The translations under genes were made by a program, and so were the position numbers. A model generated the notes under the pieces. It saw nothing but the letters and a program-made list of their open reading frames with translations, had not been told where the DNA came from and ran no database searches. Positions 10,727-22,616 of a stretch of DNA of 64,000 bases are shown piece after piece. Numbering within the stretch: the stretch's first letter is position 1; each line of letters begins with the position of its first letter. The stretch spans positions 60,140,001 to 60,204,000 of the forward strand of contig NC_083227.1 in the NCBI RefSeq assembly GCF_032191835.1. The letters run 5' to 3'. Source of the stretch: Heteronotia binoei. Its lineage: Eukaryota.

Positions 10727-11200
10727 CTATAGGGTACAATGAAGAGGTTGTGCCATGGCTGCAGTGTAAATCCCAGGCATGGCTGGAGAAGGGAGGGGTG
10801 GCATTTAAATGCCTCCCCATCCTCCCCCAGCCATGCCGCTGCTGACTTCCTTTTCCCAGCTGGCCTGCTATGGCAGGCTAGCTGGGGAAGAGAATGGGAG
10901 GTAGAGCAGGTCAGTTTCACTCCCTTCTGCTTCCAAGCAAAGGGGAATGAAAGGAACTCCTTTGCTTTCCCAGCCAGCCCATTGTGGCAGGTCAACTGGG
11001 GAAGTGAGGACAGCTTTTAAAGGAAAAGCTTTTAAAGATGCCTCCCCTTTGCTTTCCCAGCCAGCCTCCCCAATTTGTTTTCCCTCTCCTCCCTGATTTG
11101 AGGATGGACATCTGAATAAAAGCTGAGTAAGATTGGCTTTTATTTGGGAGCACCTTATTGGTAGCCAAATCTGATTAGAGAATCTGATTTGGCTAAATAG

Positions 11201-11217
11201 ACATTCCCAAAATACCG
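11201..11217 (+). CDS. Putative 17-nt microexon (HSQNT)
   Basis: Strong donor CCG|gtaagg and a weak acceptor aaatag|. It is the piece that reconciles phase 2 with phase 1. Confidence 0.2.
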
Positions 11218-11324
11218 GTAAGGTATTTTTCAGGTATTCATTCCATTTGGCAAAGGCAGGAGCAGAAGTGTCTTCTGCTAATAAGAGAAGCCCCTTAAAC
11301 CCCAACCCCATTTTCTATTTTCAG

Positions 11325-11425
11325 AAGCTGTAAAATATAAGCAGCCTAAAAGATCAGTTATGCATGTAGGAGAGCTTCAGAAAATGTCTTCTAGACTGGT
11401 GCTACTGCCCTGGCACTGTCTTCAG
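11325..11425 (+). CDS. Putative exon (AVKYKQPKRSVMHVGELQKMSSRLVLLPWHCLQ)
   Basis: Strong acceptor ccattttctattttcag| and donor CAG|gtttgt. Only the phase-1 frame is open. The exon ends in phase 0. Confidence 0.4.
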
Positions 11426-12624
11426 GTTTGTTTTAAAAGAAGATCACAAAAACCCAAATCAATTTTGTCCTTGCTCAGGATCTTCTTTCACCTCCTGAAC
11501 AGCTGACTGTGACTGTACTGCCATTAAAACCCTCTGTTAGCTGCTTGACAGTCTTTCCATATGCTATAGAATACATTCACTTGGAACCTTTCTTAGACGC
11601 TTTTCAAGCGGCCCATGATAAACTGATGCCATATGCAGGGAATGTAGCATAGACCCACCATGTCACAGATCTATCAGTGTTTTTCCTCATCTGCCAGCAT
11701 GCACAAAACAGTAGAGAGACAAAAGTGACTACACACATATGTGCATCTTCACTACTCCATTTAGCATCTTATCCTGCACAGCTCTTGAAAGCTTTTCCGT
11801 GTATCCAGTTTCAATGCTCCAAATGCCTGCATCTGATCCCTCAGTTGTTTTTTTTTGCACTGTGGTGTCTCTTTAAAATATCTGTCACCTTCTCATAAGA
11901 TAGATGTACAGGGAGAAATTCCCAAATAATTATACTACAGTTGGATGTCTAGTTCTGCTAGGGCCATACTCTTCGGCCTAGTTAGAACAACAGTTAATGT
12001 AGCCGTTGTGAGGGACATGCACCTCACTTTTACACTACATGAGACCATTGGTCATGTAGCTCAATACTGTCTTCATTGGCTGACAGCAACTCTCTAGGGT
12101 CTCAGGAAGAAATGGGCTGCCTCTTCCAGAATTTGCTTCCTTGAGAATGTTTAACTGGGGATGCCAGCAGAAAGGGTAAACCATTCAAACTAGAAAAGTC
12201 ACCAGGAAGGAGCAACTACAAAGTTTGGCTTCACAGGAAATCCTGTTAACTGGCTGTAGCACTCCCACTTGCAACCAGATTGCTTTTGGTAACCATACCA
12301 CAAAATCCCAGCCAGGGCCTTCAAACAGGGTTCAGCTGCATTGGGTAACAGCAGAACTGCCATGCCTAAACTGAAGAACTGAAGGGAATTCATATGTGTG
12401 ACTCCTCTCCAGCAAAGAGGCAAAGCATGAAGTGGAACCAGAGGCAGAGCAGTTTGGACCAGAGAAAGCTTCTTTCCTGTACTACACTGATTTCCAGAAG
12501 AAAGGAGAGGTAGAAGCCACAGTAAATCCTCCAGCTAGGAATGTCAACCTCCAGGTGGGACCTGGAGATCTTCTGGAATTACAATTCATCTCCACACTAC
12601 AGAGATCAGTTTCTCTGTAGAAAA

Positions 12625-12860
12625 GAGTAAGAGTCTAGTAGCAGCTTAAAGACTAACAAAATTTGTGGTGCAGTTTGAGCTTTCATGAGTCACGGCTCAT
12701 ATAACATTTGTGGTACAGGATGAGTTTTCATGAATCATTGCACACTTCATGAAAACTCATACTGTACCACAAATTTTGTTAGTTTTAAGGAGCTACTGGA
12801 CTCCTACTCCTTTTTATGGCTACAGACAGACTAACACAGCTACTCATCTTGATCTATCTC
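12625..12860. mobile_element. Penelope-like pLTR remnants (second family) in inverted plus direct arrangement
   Basis: Two inverted copies (12625-12700 and 12704-12745) precede a forward copy gaaaactcatactgtaccacaaattttgttag...gactaacacagctactcatcttgatcta. Confidence 0.6.
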
Positions 12861-13291
12861 CTGGAGAAAATGGCTTCTTTGGAGGGCGGAATCTGTGCCC
12901 TTTGTACTCTGCAGAGGTCCCTGTTGTCCTCAGGCTCCACCCTCATATCTCCAGGAGTTTCCCAACCTGGATCTGGCAACCCTACCCCCCATCTCTTGCC
13001 TTCCAACTCCTCCTGGCACCATGAGACTGGAGCACCATGAATGTTATCCTCGCAGGCTCCACACAAACACACTATTTGTTTTCTTGGGTTATGTCATCCA
13101 GGGACGTTAAACCACAATAAAGGCTCAAATGGTTGCTTCTACCATAGCAAACCAGCCACCATGTGAAAGTCCAGGTTTATTGTTTTTATTGCGACTAACA
13201 ATAACAACAATCTTTCTTGTTGTAATTATGCAGTTATGTTGTCAAACTATCTGCCATTAAAACAGGCTGTATATTTCTGACTTTCTTTCAG

Positions 13292-13432
13292 GAACTCAAA
13301 CCCAAGACTTCACCCTACCCATCTGCCTTGCTATTGTTTCTGCATCCTGAAGCTGACATAACCCATCACTTCAATGACAGAAGAGCTCCCTGTGTTGCTA
13401 TGGAATCTCAAATGCATTTCCTTGGGCTGTAA
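13292..13432 (+). CDS. Putative last coding exon (ELKPKTSPYP...MHFLGL*)
   Basis: Acceptor ctgactttctttcag|G with a CTGAC branch-like motif. The phase-0 frame is open for 46 codons to TAA at 13430-13432. Confidence 0.35.
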   Translation, partial: ELKPKTSPYPSALLLFLHPEADITHHFNDRRAPCVAMESQMHFLGL

Positions 13433-13784
13433 CTGAGGCATGTGGACACCTGGCAAAGGTCTTCTGCAAGCTGTTCTGTGATCCAGGATGCTCGGAGCCC
13501 TCCCATTTAACATTTACATCACTCACGATTCAGATTGACAAGGGGATTCAGCTCTGCTAGGTAATAGTGACAGAATGGCCCTGTCTATTTCTATTCAGAT
13601 TTCATTGTGTGGAAGTAGCGGCTGTCGATGGAGAGAGACATCTACATCTGCCAAGCCCATAAATTTCATTATGGATGAGATGAATACGTGCATCTTTAAA
13701 AGAGCATAATAGCAGCCTTGCCAGATCAGATGAAATGTCCTTGTGGTCCAGCATCCAGATACACCTGCAAGGTCTATGTATTAC

Positions 13785-14330
13785 TTACAGAATTTATATC
13801 CCAACTTTCTGCCCTCACAAGAACCACCAAGGCAGCGAACAATTTTAAACATATATGACAAAATCACATTTTAAAACCATTAAAAACAAACCCTCCCAAA
13901 CACACATCATTAAAACAAATTGAAAACACAGTTAAAATATGTACAAAGACATAAGAACACCAACTAAAACACTGAAGGAAGGGTCAATTAAGGGAATGCC
14001 AAATGAAACAAAAAATCTTCACCCACTGGTGGAAAATGTCAACAGAAGGGGACAGACATATCTTCGTGGGGAGAAAGTTCCAGCACTTCGGCACCATGAC
14101 CAAGAAGGCTCCCTCCTGAGTGGCCACCTACCTAATATCAGAAGGTGGAGGTACCTGAAGCAGCGTCTCTGAAGATTATTATAGTGGTTGGGTGAGTTCA
14201 TAAGGGATAGCCCAACTTTCAGGTATATAATGGTGGGCAGGGAGGCTGAGAGCAAGGGGGACAAGTTGTTCAAGTGCAGGGCACCGCTCAGTCATGGTGG
14301 AGTCTGTGCAGACAGAAGCTCTAGGCAAAG
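13785..14330 (-). mobile_element. L2-like LINE 3' region, degenerate
   Basis: Starts with the tail aatttatatcccaactttct...caaggcagcgaac and an A-rich UTR, followed by decayed ORF2-like sequence. Confidence 0.45.
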
Positions 14331-14352
14331 CCCTTATTGGACCCCTCTGGGT

Positions 14353-14554
14353 CAATGTTCCTTCTAAGCTGCAGAGTCTTGTGAGCAAAAATTCTACTTT
14401 ATGAGCTACTGGTATTAAAGTTGTGAGCTACTGACATTAAAGTTGTGAGCTACTGCATAAATTATTGTGTTCTAGGGTCATCCTTCCTGAGCTAAGACAG
14501 AAATGTGTGAGCTGGAGGTTAGCTCTATGCTAACTCAGCTTAGAGGGAACACTG
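14353..14554. mobile_element. hAT MITE with an internal ~22-bp tandem repeat
   Basis: caatgttccttctaagctg...cagcttagagggaacactg, with a perfect 8-bp TSD CTCTGGGT. The motif gagctactg recurs three times. Confidence 0.9.
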
Positions 14555-15789
14555 CTCTGGGTAAACAACGCCCCTAAGGGAAGCGCAGTCTCCCAGTCAT
14601 AAACTCATTGGGCCATGCCTGTGGGTGGGTATGGCGCTGTGCAAGTCGTGCCCTCCAGATACCCCCACAAGAGCATGGGGTTCCTGTCTGCAGGCCACTT
14701 AGCAAGGTGGGCTTCTTTCTTCCACCAAACCACTTCATGGCCAGCCTGCATGTCTATGGGGGTGTGCAAAGCAAGCTGAAAGTGGCAGCGGTGCTGTCAG
14801 GTCAGAGGGCAGCAAGTCAGAGGGCAGCCTAGAGCAGCCAGCTAGCTGAGGCTTTTTGCCTTCCCTCTCTCCTTCCACAACTTTCTTTCCTTCTTGTTTG
14901 GCTGCTGCCTCTGGAAAAGCCAGCTGTGCCAGCGTGCACACTCCTCCTTCCCTTCCTCAATGAAGCAGGGCAGCCTTTTCTCCATAAGGGGGTGAAGGAA
15001 GGGGGAGGAGGCAGACAGGGACAGCAAGTGCTACAAGGTGACAAGTGGTTACAGGTGGTGCTGTTGCTGCAGGCAGCCACCTCTGAGTCACAGGAGAGGC
15101 ACCTCTGTACCCCAGCCAGCAGCTGGTCCCCTCTCTCCTTCCCTGCCTCAATCCTCTCCTGTCTGAGCAGTGCTGCCACAGCAGCCAAGTCCAGGCATCT
15201 GTTCAGAAGGCAGCACATGTGAGTGCAGCAGCACAAGCTGAGTGAGCTGTGTGCCAGACCCGAGCCTTGGTGGAACCTGTAAGTTGCTGTTGCTGCTTTG
15301 CAAGGCAGCTGCTTTACACTGCAAGCAATTTTTCACCCTGCACCCCAAATATTCTGCACCATTCGTGATCAGTCACAGAAGGCAGAGAAACAGCTGATGG
15401 CTGCAAAGCCAAATGCAGGTTGCACTGGTGCTGCTCCCCTGCGAGAGCTCCACTGGTGGGATAGGGTGGGGTGAGGTACCAAAAACCCTGGTGCCAGCCC
15501 TGTTCCCACCCTCAGTGTTGTTGTCTCACTGCCTTAGAGGCTGCTGAGGAGAGATGGGGCTCTCAGGAATAGCTATTATGCACATGTGGAGAGAAGTTTA
15601 TGGAAGGGGGGATTAATCAATTTTGGTAAAGTGTTCAGACTTTTCTGCAAACCTGGAGGGTGACCCAAGTTTGGGTGAAAATGGGATGTTTCATACTTGT
15701 TAGCTACCTTGAACTTTCTTTTGAACAGAAAAGCAGGACACAGATAAATTAATAAAAATAATTTTTTATCTTCATGACTAATAACTATT

Positions 15790-16520
15790 GATGAACTTTT
15801 CAACAACACATTCATCTAATCCTTTTTAAAGATGCATAAGTGAGTGGACTTCACCACAATCCAGGACAGTGAGCTCCAGCACTGATCCTTGTGGTCCTCT
15901 GAGGTCACTTCCCTCCATTGTGAGAACCAGATGTTTATTCTGACTCTCTGCCTCCTGGCCACCATTCAGTCCATAAGAGGACCTGGCCTCTTACCCAATG
16001 ACTGATAAGCTTACTTAAGAGTCTTGGGTGAGGTATTTCGCAAGATGTCTTTTGGAAATGCAACTATATAATGCCTACTGGACACCCTTATCGACATGCT
16101 TGTTAAGTCGCTCAAATAATATCAAAAGGTTGGTTAGGCAGAACTTCCCTTTGCAGAAATCAGGCTGATTTCCTGTTAGCAGGCTTTGTTCTTTGATGTA
16201 CTTGATTAATATATCTTTAATAACAGTGTGTACTAATTTACCTGGAACAGATGTTAGGTAACTGGCCTGTAATTCCCTGGACCCTTTTAAAAATCCTGGT
16301 GTGATATTAATTTTCAATTGTTTGGCATGGTGGCTAACTTTACCAACAAATAGCACATACCAGTTAGCAGATCAACAATTTCATATTTGATTTCCGTAAT
16401 AATCTTCAGGTATATGCCATCTGGACTTGAAGATTTAGCTTTCAGTTTGCCTAGTAATCTTATAGCTTCATTTATCACTACCTCAATTTGACTCAGTTCT
16501 TCAAATACCCTCCCAAGTGG
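15790..16520 (-). mobile_element. CR1 reverse transcriptase fragment (pseudogenised)
   Basis: ORF 16075-16356 contains GKLVHTVIKD...NQPDFCKGKFCLTNLLILFERLNKHVDKG, a CR1 RT motif. Confidence 0.85.
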
Positions 16521-16929
16521 CTCTGGCAGGGCTTTTTGTTTTTGTAGCAGGAACTGCTTTGTTTATTAGGCAGGACTCTTTGTACAGGGCCTACCATAAG
16601 CTCCTGGAGTATTGGCTACATCAGGGGGTGTGGCTTAATATGCAAAGGGGATCCTGGGTTACGGTATGAGTAAATGTACCACATTTTCCACAGTGAAAAC
16701 AGATGCAAAATATTCAGTCAATTCCCCTGTGGTCTCCCCACCTTTCTTAAACAATGCTTTCATTCCTTTCTCACCCCAAAGTCTAACCACCTCCCTCCCG
16801 ATGGCTTAACAAAGGGAGCAGAAAACCATGATTTAAATGCTCTCAGCCCTTTAAACAAACTGCTGAACAGTGGGGATCTGCCAGAAACTGCATTAAAATC
16901 CATGAAAGTTAGTGGCGGTTCTTAAGTTC

Positions 16930-17700
16930 ATGAATATTGCTTCACAAGCTACAGATCAGCTAAAATTTGTGACAGACTTCAGTTTGTCAGCTGGTTCATG
17001 CCGATCCCTACCCAGAACTGTAAACTGTATTCCAAATGAGGCTTCAGTCACAGGGAGGGTGAGGCACTGACTGCTCCAGTGGCACCAGGGAAGGAGGAGG
17101 CTAGTGCACTGACTCAGATCAGAACTGCCTTGGACCATGATGACAGGCAGGTGCCCCAGGCCAGTTTCTTGCAGACACCTAGAGCAAAGGCACGCCTGGC
17201 CTCCCTGGCATCTGTCGCAATGCTGGCTGGGGTGAGCAAGTCCAGTTGATGCCAAGGCTAGGATGTAGGGGAAGACTGTGGGGGGTGAAGCCAGAGAAGT
17301 GGGAGCCCAGTGGCAGGAGCCCATAGCCTGATGAGAAGGGACCAAGGTGAGCAAGCGGGGGTTCCAGGGAGGTAGCTTTAAGAGGAGGCTTGGAAGCAAG
17401 CTGGGGAGTATCAGGCTGGAGATCTGAGGCTGTGAGAGTGAGTCTGCCAGCTCAGAGGAGGAAGACACGGGTGGACCAAACCCTCTCCCCTCCCATCCTG
17501 AGACTTGCTGAGAATCCCCATGAGTGAGTGGCAGGGCAGCAGAAGGTGGCGCCCCCCAGAGGGCATCCTTTGGATGTGACATGAGGGTAGTTGAAGTCTC
17601 CCCATATCAGCATGACCAGCTTTAGTCACCCCTGTTATTTCCTTCTCTATCTCAAGATCAGCTTCAAGACTTTGATCACCCCCACTTTTAAGTAACCCGT
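16930..17700 (-). mobile_element. Degenerate CR1-type ORF1 (esterase-like) region
   Basis: HLPVIMVQGSSDLSQC in ORF 16956-17582 resembles the CR1 ORF1 VxVHVGTND motif. It lies next to a same-strand CR1 RT fragment. Confidence 0.4.
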
Positions 17701-20414
17701 ATCACCCAGTGGTCTGATTATGTGCATAAGGCAGCTTTCTGTGTTCATATAGGCATGCTTGAATGTTAAGATTGGGTTCTGAGACCCTATTGAGGGTGGG
17801 ACCTCTCAAAATATATTATTGTTCCCTTTTTACTGATTGAGGATTGAGGCCTGAGAGCTTGTTACTTGCTCAACAATTATTTGTCCATTTACTAATGCAT
17901 TGTTATTCTATAAAGTGTCCCATTACTGTATCAGAATTAGAACTTGGAACTTTTTTTGTTACCTGAAGGTTTCTTTCCACCAGAGGCATGGGAAAGTGCT
18001 CTCCCACAAAAAAACAAACAAAAAAACAACCCCTCACAAAGCGATTTATAACCCTTTCAAACCCATATTCCACAGCTCGGGCCTAATGGCATGTCTTAGG
18101 AACAAACCCATTGTTTCTGTCTCCAGCTGTCGTTTTGATTGACTAGTTTGGTTACTCTTTCCTGCCATTAAGTGGAAAGCACAACTGGCCTTTTATGTCA
18201 TCAGATGCCTATAATCTTTGGAACTAATTTGAACCACTTGAAAATAAAGGTCACCAGAGGCGGCTGCATTCCTCAGCGGACCTGGGAGCATGAAGCTGTG
18301 TTCTATGCAGCCTAACCTGGCTTTAGAGTAACTTTGTGTGAGAGAGGGAAGGCAGTGGAAAGTGGCTGGCAATTTGACTCCCCTGCCCCTCTGCTCAACA
18401 CCAAAGACCTACAGCAGCTTTTTGCTCCATTTGGTGTCTTCCAGGGAATAACTTGTAAAATGAGCTTTACGTTTCCACAGCTGCTGTTTTGCCTTTAGCA
18501 TTTGCTAATTATGACTTAGGGGCCCGTTCTTTTTAACACATTCTCCCTTTAACGTGCTCCCCAGTTTCTGGCCTGTTTTATGGATGTGAGTACTTTTAAT
18601 AGCCCATAAATTGCAAACGGACTCTGGCACTGTCTGATTTTACTACAGTAGCGTGAGATGAACGATGCCAGCTATCTTCTCCAGTGATAATTAGACTGTA
18701 AGTGCCCTCGCTGGGAATGGCTGTTAACTAAATTTGTATTGGGTTTTTTTGAGTGGAGTACAAATTTGTCCCCAAACTGGGAAATCCTGGCCTATGAAGC
18801 CCTAAAGATGTATTGCCCATTATTAGCTGGTTGTTAAAAAAGCCACTTGGAATGTATGTTAAGGTTTATTGTAGGCTACATAAATTGGAAGCATTCCTGC
18901 GGGGTTGGGAGGCATAGCAGTGCGCAATGGTTTCCTCCAGTTGCTAGGAAATAAAGTTAGCTTTCAGATCCTTGCATGCATCAGTGCACACCAGTGACAT
19001 AGGATGGCTTCTGCATATGGGTGGAGAGATGTGCTTCTTAGTGGCATAGACAGTGCTGTAGCCAAAAAGTAGTGGATGAAGCATGAAGCCAGTTTGTTCA
19101 TGATGACAAGATCATTTCCCTTGTAGACAAAGGCTGCTTTGGCAGGTAGAGTCTAGGCATTATATTGTTCTCCAAACCCCAGCCTCACCAGGCTCCGCAC
19201 CTGAAATTGCCAGCTATTTTCCAACCTAGAGCTGGCAGTTCTATACATAGACCTCTGGCCTGATCCATCAGGGCTCTTCTTACATTCTTATCTCACAGCA
19301 GTTGCTCACCACTTCTTTCTCTGTCACTTCCAGCATCACAACTGCCTTTCCTTTTTAATACAGGCAGCTATTTGCTTTCTGCCTTCATCTAGGAGAGAGA
19401 TTCACCTCTTCTAAGGTCTGATGGGTGTTTTGCAAGAGCCATTTCCTAACGCTTAAGGCCCCTTGGGGAGAGATCCACCATAATGAAGACACATGACCAC
19501 CCATTTTTTCTCAAGCTCTGGTTTTCCCCTCAGTTTAGGCCAAGCCTGTAGAGTAGATTGAGTCAAAGCCAAACTTGTAATTATTTTTTCTTTGCAGTTT
19601 GCAGCAAACAGTATTCTGATTGAGTAGGGTTGCCATCTCTGGGTTAGGAAATACCTGGAGATTGGGGGGGGGGGGGGAGAGCACGTGAAGGACAGGTTTT
19701 GGAAAGGGAGTGACTTCAATGGGGATATAATGCCATAGAGTCCGCCTCCCCAAAGTGGCCATTTTCTCCAGGTTAACTGATTTCTGTTGCCTGGAGACAG
19801 GCCCAGCCTGAGGCAGAACCCTACACTGGCGCCCTCCCCCCTGTACTAATCGTCAGGGGTGCCAGGCACAAAGCAAGTTCGGAGCATGCTGGGCAGGGGA
19901 AGCCATGTTCTTTCTTGGTTTTGAGGGATCTGGGGAGCTCCTCCAACCCCTCAGAGCTGAGAAAGGCTCAGGGACAGAGTGAGCCAGGATGGGGTGCCTA
20001 CCTCTCGCATGCACTCCTGTGGGAGCTGGCATCCCAGGCCGTTGCCTAGTTTGCCGACTCTGCCTGGAGATCATTTGTAATTCCAGGAGATCTCCAGCCA
20101 GCACCTGGAGGTTAGAAACTCCAATTTTGATTAGCTTTTCATGTGTAGAGTTAACTGAATTCAACAGGGTAGCCATCTCGGCAGTAGCTGCTGGTGAACG
20201 TTCATGAATTGCTGGCTAGCATGGAATGTGCATTATATATTTGTTTAGAAAATTTATATTCCCCCCCCCCCTTAGAGACCTGTTTGAGGTGGCTCACAAG
20301 TAAAATAGCACAATAAAATGATAAAACAGCAGCTTACAGACAAGCCATAAAAACCACAGCAGGCAAACAAGCCATAAAACTTATGTCCCAAGGTCATCCT
20401 GGGAAAATAAAACA

Positions 20415-20510
20415 GAAATCTGGTGTCACCCTTGAAGACTAACAACATTTATACCGGCATGAGCCTTTATGAGTCACAGCTCAGTTCTTCAGACACAACA
20501 GAAAGTCATG
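20415..20510 (-). mobile_element. Penelope-like pLTR remnant with a decayed hammerhead core
   Basis: The minus strand reads CTGAAGAactgagctgtgactcatAAAG, with the GAAA motif mutated. Confidence 0.5.
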
Positions 20511-21036
20511 CATCCTTTAAAAATCAACTATATTAGAGTGTACATGCTTTTGAATATGCACAGATAGTGGTGGTGACATTTGTTGTGTTGGGCCATGCTC
20601 ACTGGGGCAAACTGGTCATTATGACCACCAGGAAAAGTCCCACTGAGCTGACGGTATGGGGGCCAAGCCCTGTAGGTGCTGTCCTGACCCTTCACAATGG
20701 GAGATTCGCTTCATCTTGCTCAGGGATGCCTTGTGTGGGGCTGCCCTGTAGTTAGGCTTGCCAGTCTACAAGTACCACCTGGAGACCTGTTATTATAATT
20801 GATCTCCAGATAGCCAAATTCAGTTCTCCTGGAGCAAATGGCTGCTTTAGAGGGTGGTCTCTATGGCATTGTACCTCGCTGAAGTCCCTCTCCTTCCCTC
20901 CCCAGGATCTTCTCCACAAATCTTCAAGTATTTCCCAACTTAGAGCTGGCAACCCTACCTATATGAGATGAACCTTGCCTTATGTGTAGTGATTCTGACC
21001 AAAGTGGGGAGGGTGTCTCATGCAGTAGCCTTGATC

Positions 21037-21232
21037 AGGGCTTTTTTTTAAGAAAAAGCCTAGCAGGAACTCATTTGCATATCAGGCCACACCCCCTGAA
21101 ATCACCATTGTTTCACATGGCTTTTTTGTAGAAAAAGCCCAGAAAGAACTCATTTGCATATTTGGCCACACACCCTGATGCCAAGCCAGCCAGAACTGCA
21201 TTCTTGTGAGTTGCTGTTCAAAAAAAGCTCTG
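21037..21232. mobile_element. hAT-type MITE of the tgcatattaggccacac family, with a duplicated left end
   Basis: cagggctttttttt...ggaactcatttgcatatcaggccacac occurs twice and the element ends aaaaaagctctg. Confidence 0.6.
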
Positions 21233-21584
21233 GGCTTGATCCTGGGTGAGTCACTCACAACTACTGCCACCAACTAGTTTGTCTTCATGGCAGTAGAGAG
21301 GCATTTGTGCAATGATAGGATCCTTTTCCTGGGCCATTTTAGCTTCTCCATCTGCCTATGCATGCTCAGAATTTATTGGATTGACCCATAGTCCCTCAGT
21401 AGTAGGGCAAAAACACTTGAAGTATTAGTGATTTGGACCCAATCTCTCCCATGAACAAACACTGTGATTGTCCAAGCACCAAAGATCACTATTATTTTGT
21501 GGATATCTGATGGGGAACAACAATGGGGAAATTTGCATGAGAGCACGCATGGACAAAAACATTTGTGATTCAGTTCAGAACTGC

Positions 21585-21910
21585 TGGCAGACTGGATCAG
21601 ACCAATGGTCCATCTAGTCTAGCATCCCATCTCACACAGTGGTCAACCAGTTCCTCTGGAGGGCCAGCAATAGGACTGAGGCCTTCCCCTGATGTTGCCT
21701 CCTGGCTCTGGGATTCAGAGTTTTAGTGCTTCTGAATGTGGAGGTTCCCCTCAGTCACCATAGCTAGCCATTGATAGATTTATCCTCCATGAATCAATCT
21801 GATCTCCTTTTAAAGCTGTTTATTCCTGTGGCCATCAGCTATATCCTCTGGCAGTCAATTCCATATTTTAATCACTCTCTGTGTAAAGCAGTATTTCCTT
21901 TTGTCCACTG
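21585..21910 (-). mobile_element. CR1 3' end fragment
   Basis: ggatcagaccaatggtccatctagtctagc...gaccaacc and ccatattttaatcactctctgtgtaaagcagtatttcc are reverse complements of the CR1 UTR and ORF2 end. Confidence 0.7.
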
Positions 21911-22448
21911 AACCAGTTAACAGGAATAAAATCTTTATTTATGGACCTAACAAACTAGATAGTAAAGAGAAGAGGTGAGTCTAGCTGCCTTAATAGCTGG
22001 CAGAGAGTTCTTGACTATTCTATAAGAAAAGCCTAAGAATAGCACTCTGCAGACAGACTGCAGTTGCCAGCCCCTAGGTCCCAGTGGGGGATCTCCTGGT
22101 TTCAAGGACCTCTCTCTGCCACAGGCCAGCTGGCCAGTGAGAGAAACCCTGTCCCTAAACAGGGACATCACCATGCGATGTCCCCAATATGATTACATCA
22201 CCTAGAAGTGATGTCATCATGTCAGGGACATTATGTAGGGGATGGTCTGGGTTTTTGAGCAAAGCTCTATAGTTTAAGCCCAATTTTACCATAGAATTTG
22301 CAAAAAAGAAAAACAAAACAGAGTATCCCCTTCATGATGTCCATGCCCACCCCCATAACACTCCCCCCCCCAAATTGCCCTGCAGGAGTGACGAGGAGAC
22401 CTCGCAACCCTAGGACAGACAAGGAAAAGCCGCTTTTAGAAACAACAT

Positions 22449-22616
22449 TGTAATGTACTGGAAACCGAGACGGTTTGAAGGCAACATTGTTTATTGCGAG
22501 CACATTACAAAAGTGAGTACACGCGGCCGGGGTCCCGCATATATACATTTCCCCGGACGGCCCCCGGTCCGACCAGGCCAATCCTGGTCGGTTAAACTTC
22601 CCACCACAGATGTTGA
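22449..22616 (-). repeat. 3' LTR, U3-proximal ~100 bp deleted
   Basis: Identical to the 5' LTR except for 5 substitutions and a 2-bp indel. The match stops at agatgttga and runs directly into integrase sequence. Confidence 0.9.

Noticed and set aside
16956-17582. 208-aa ORF as a host gene
   Set aside because: It is better explained as decayed CR1-type ORF1 next to a CR1 RT fragment.
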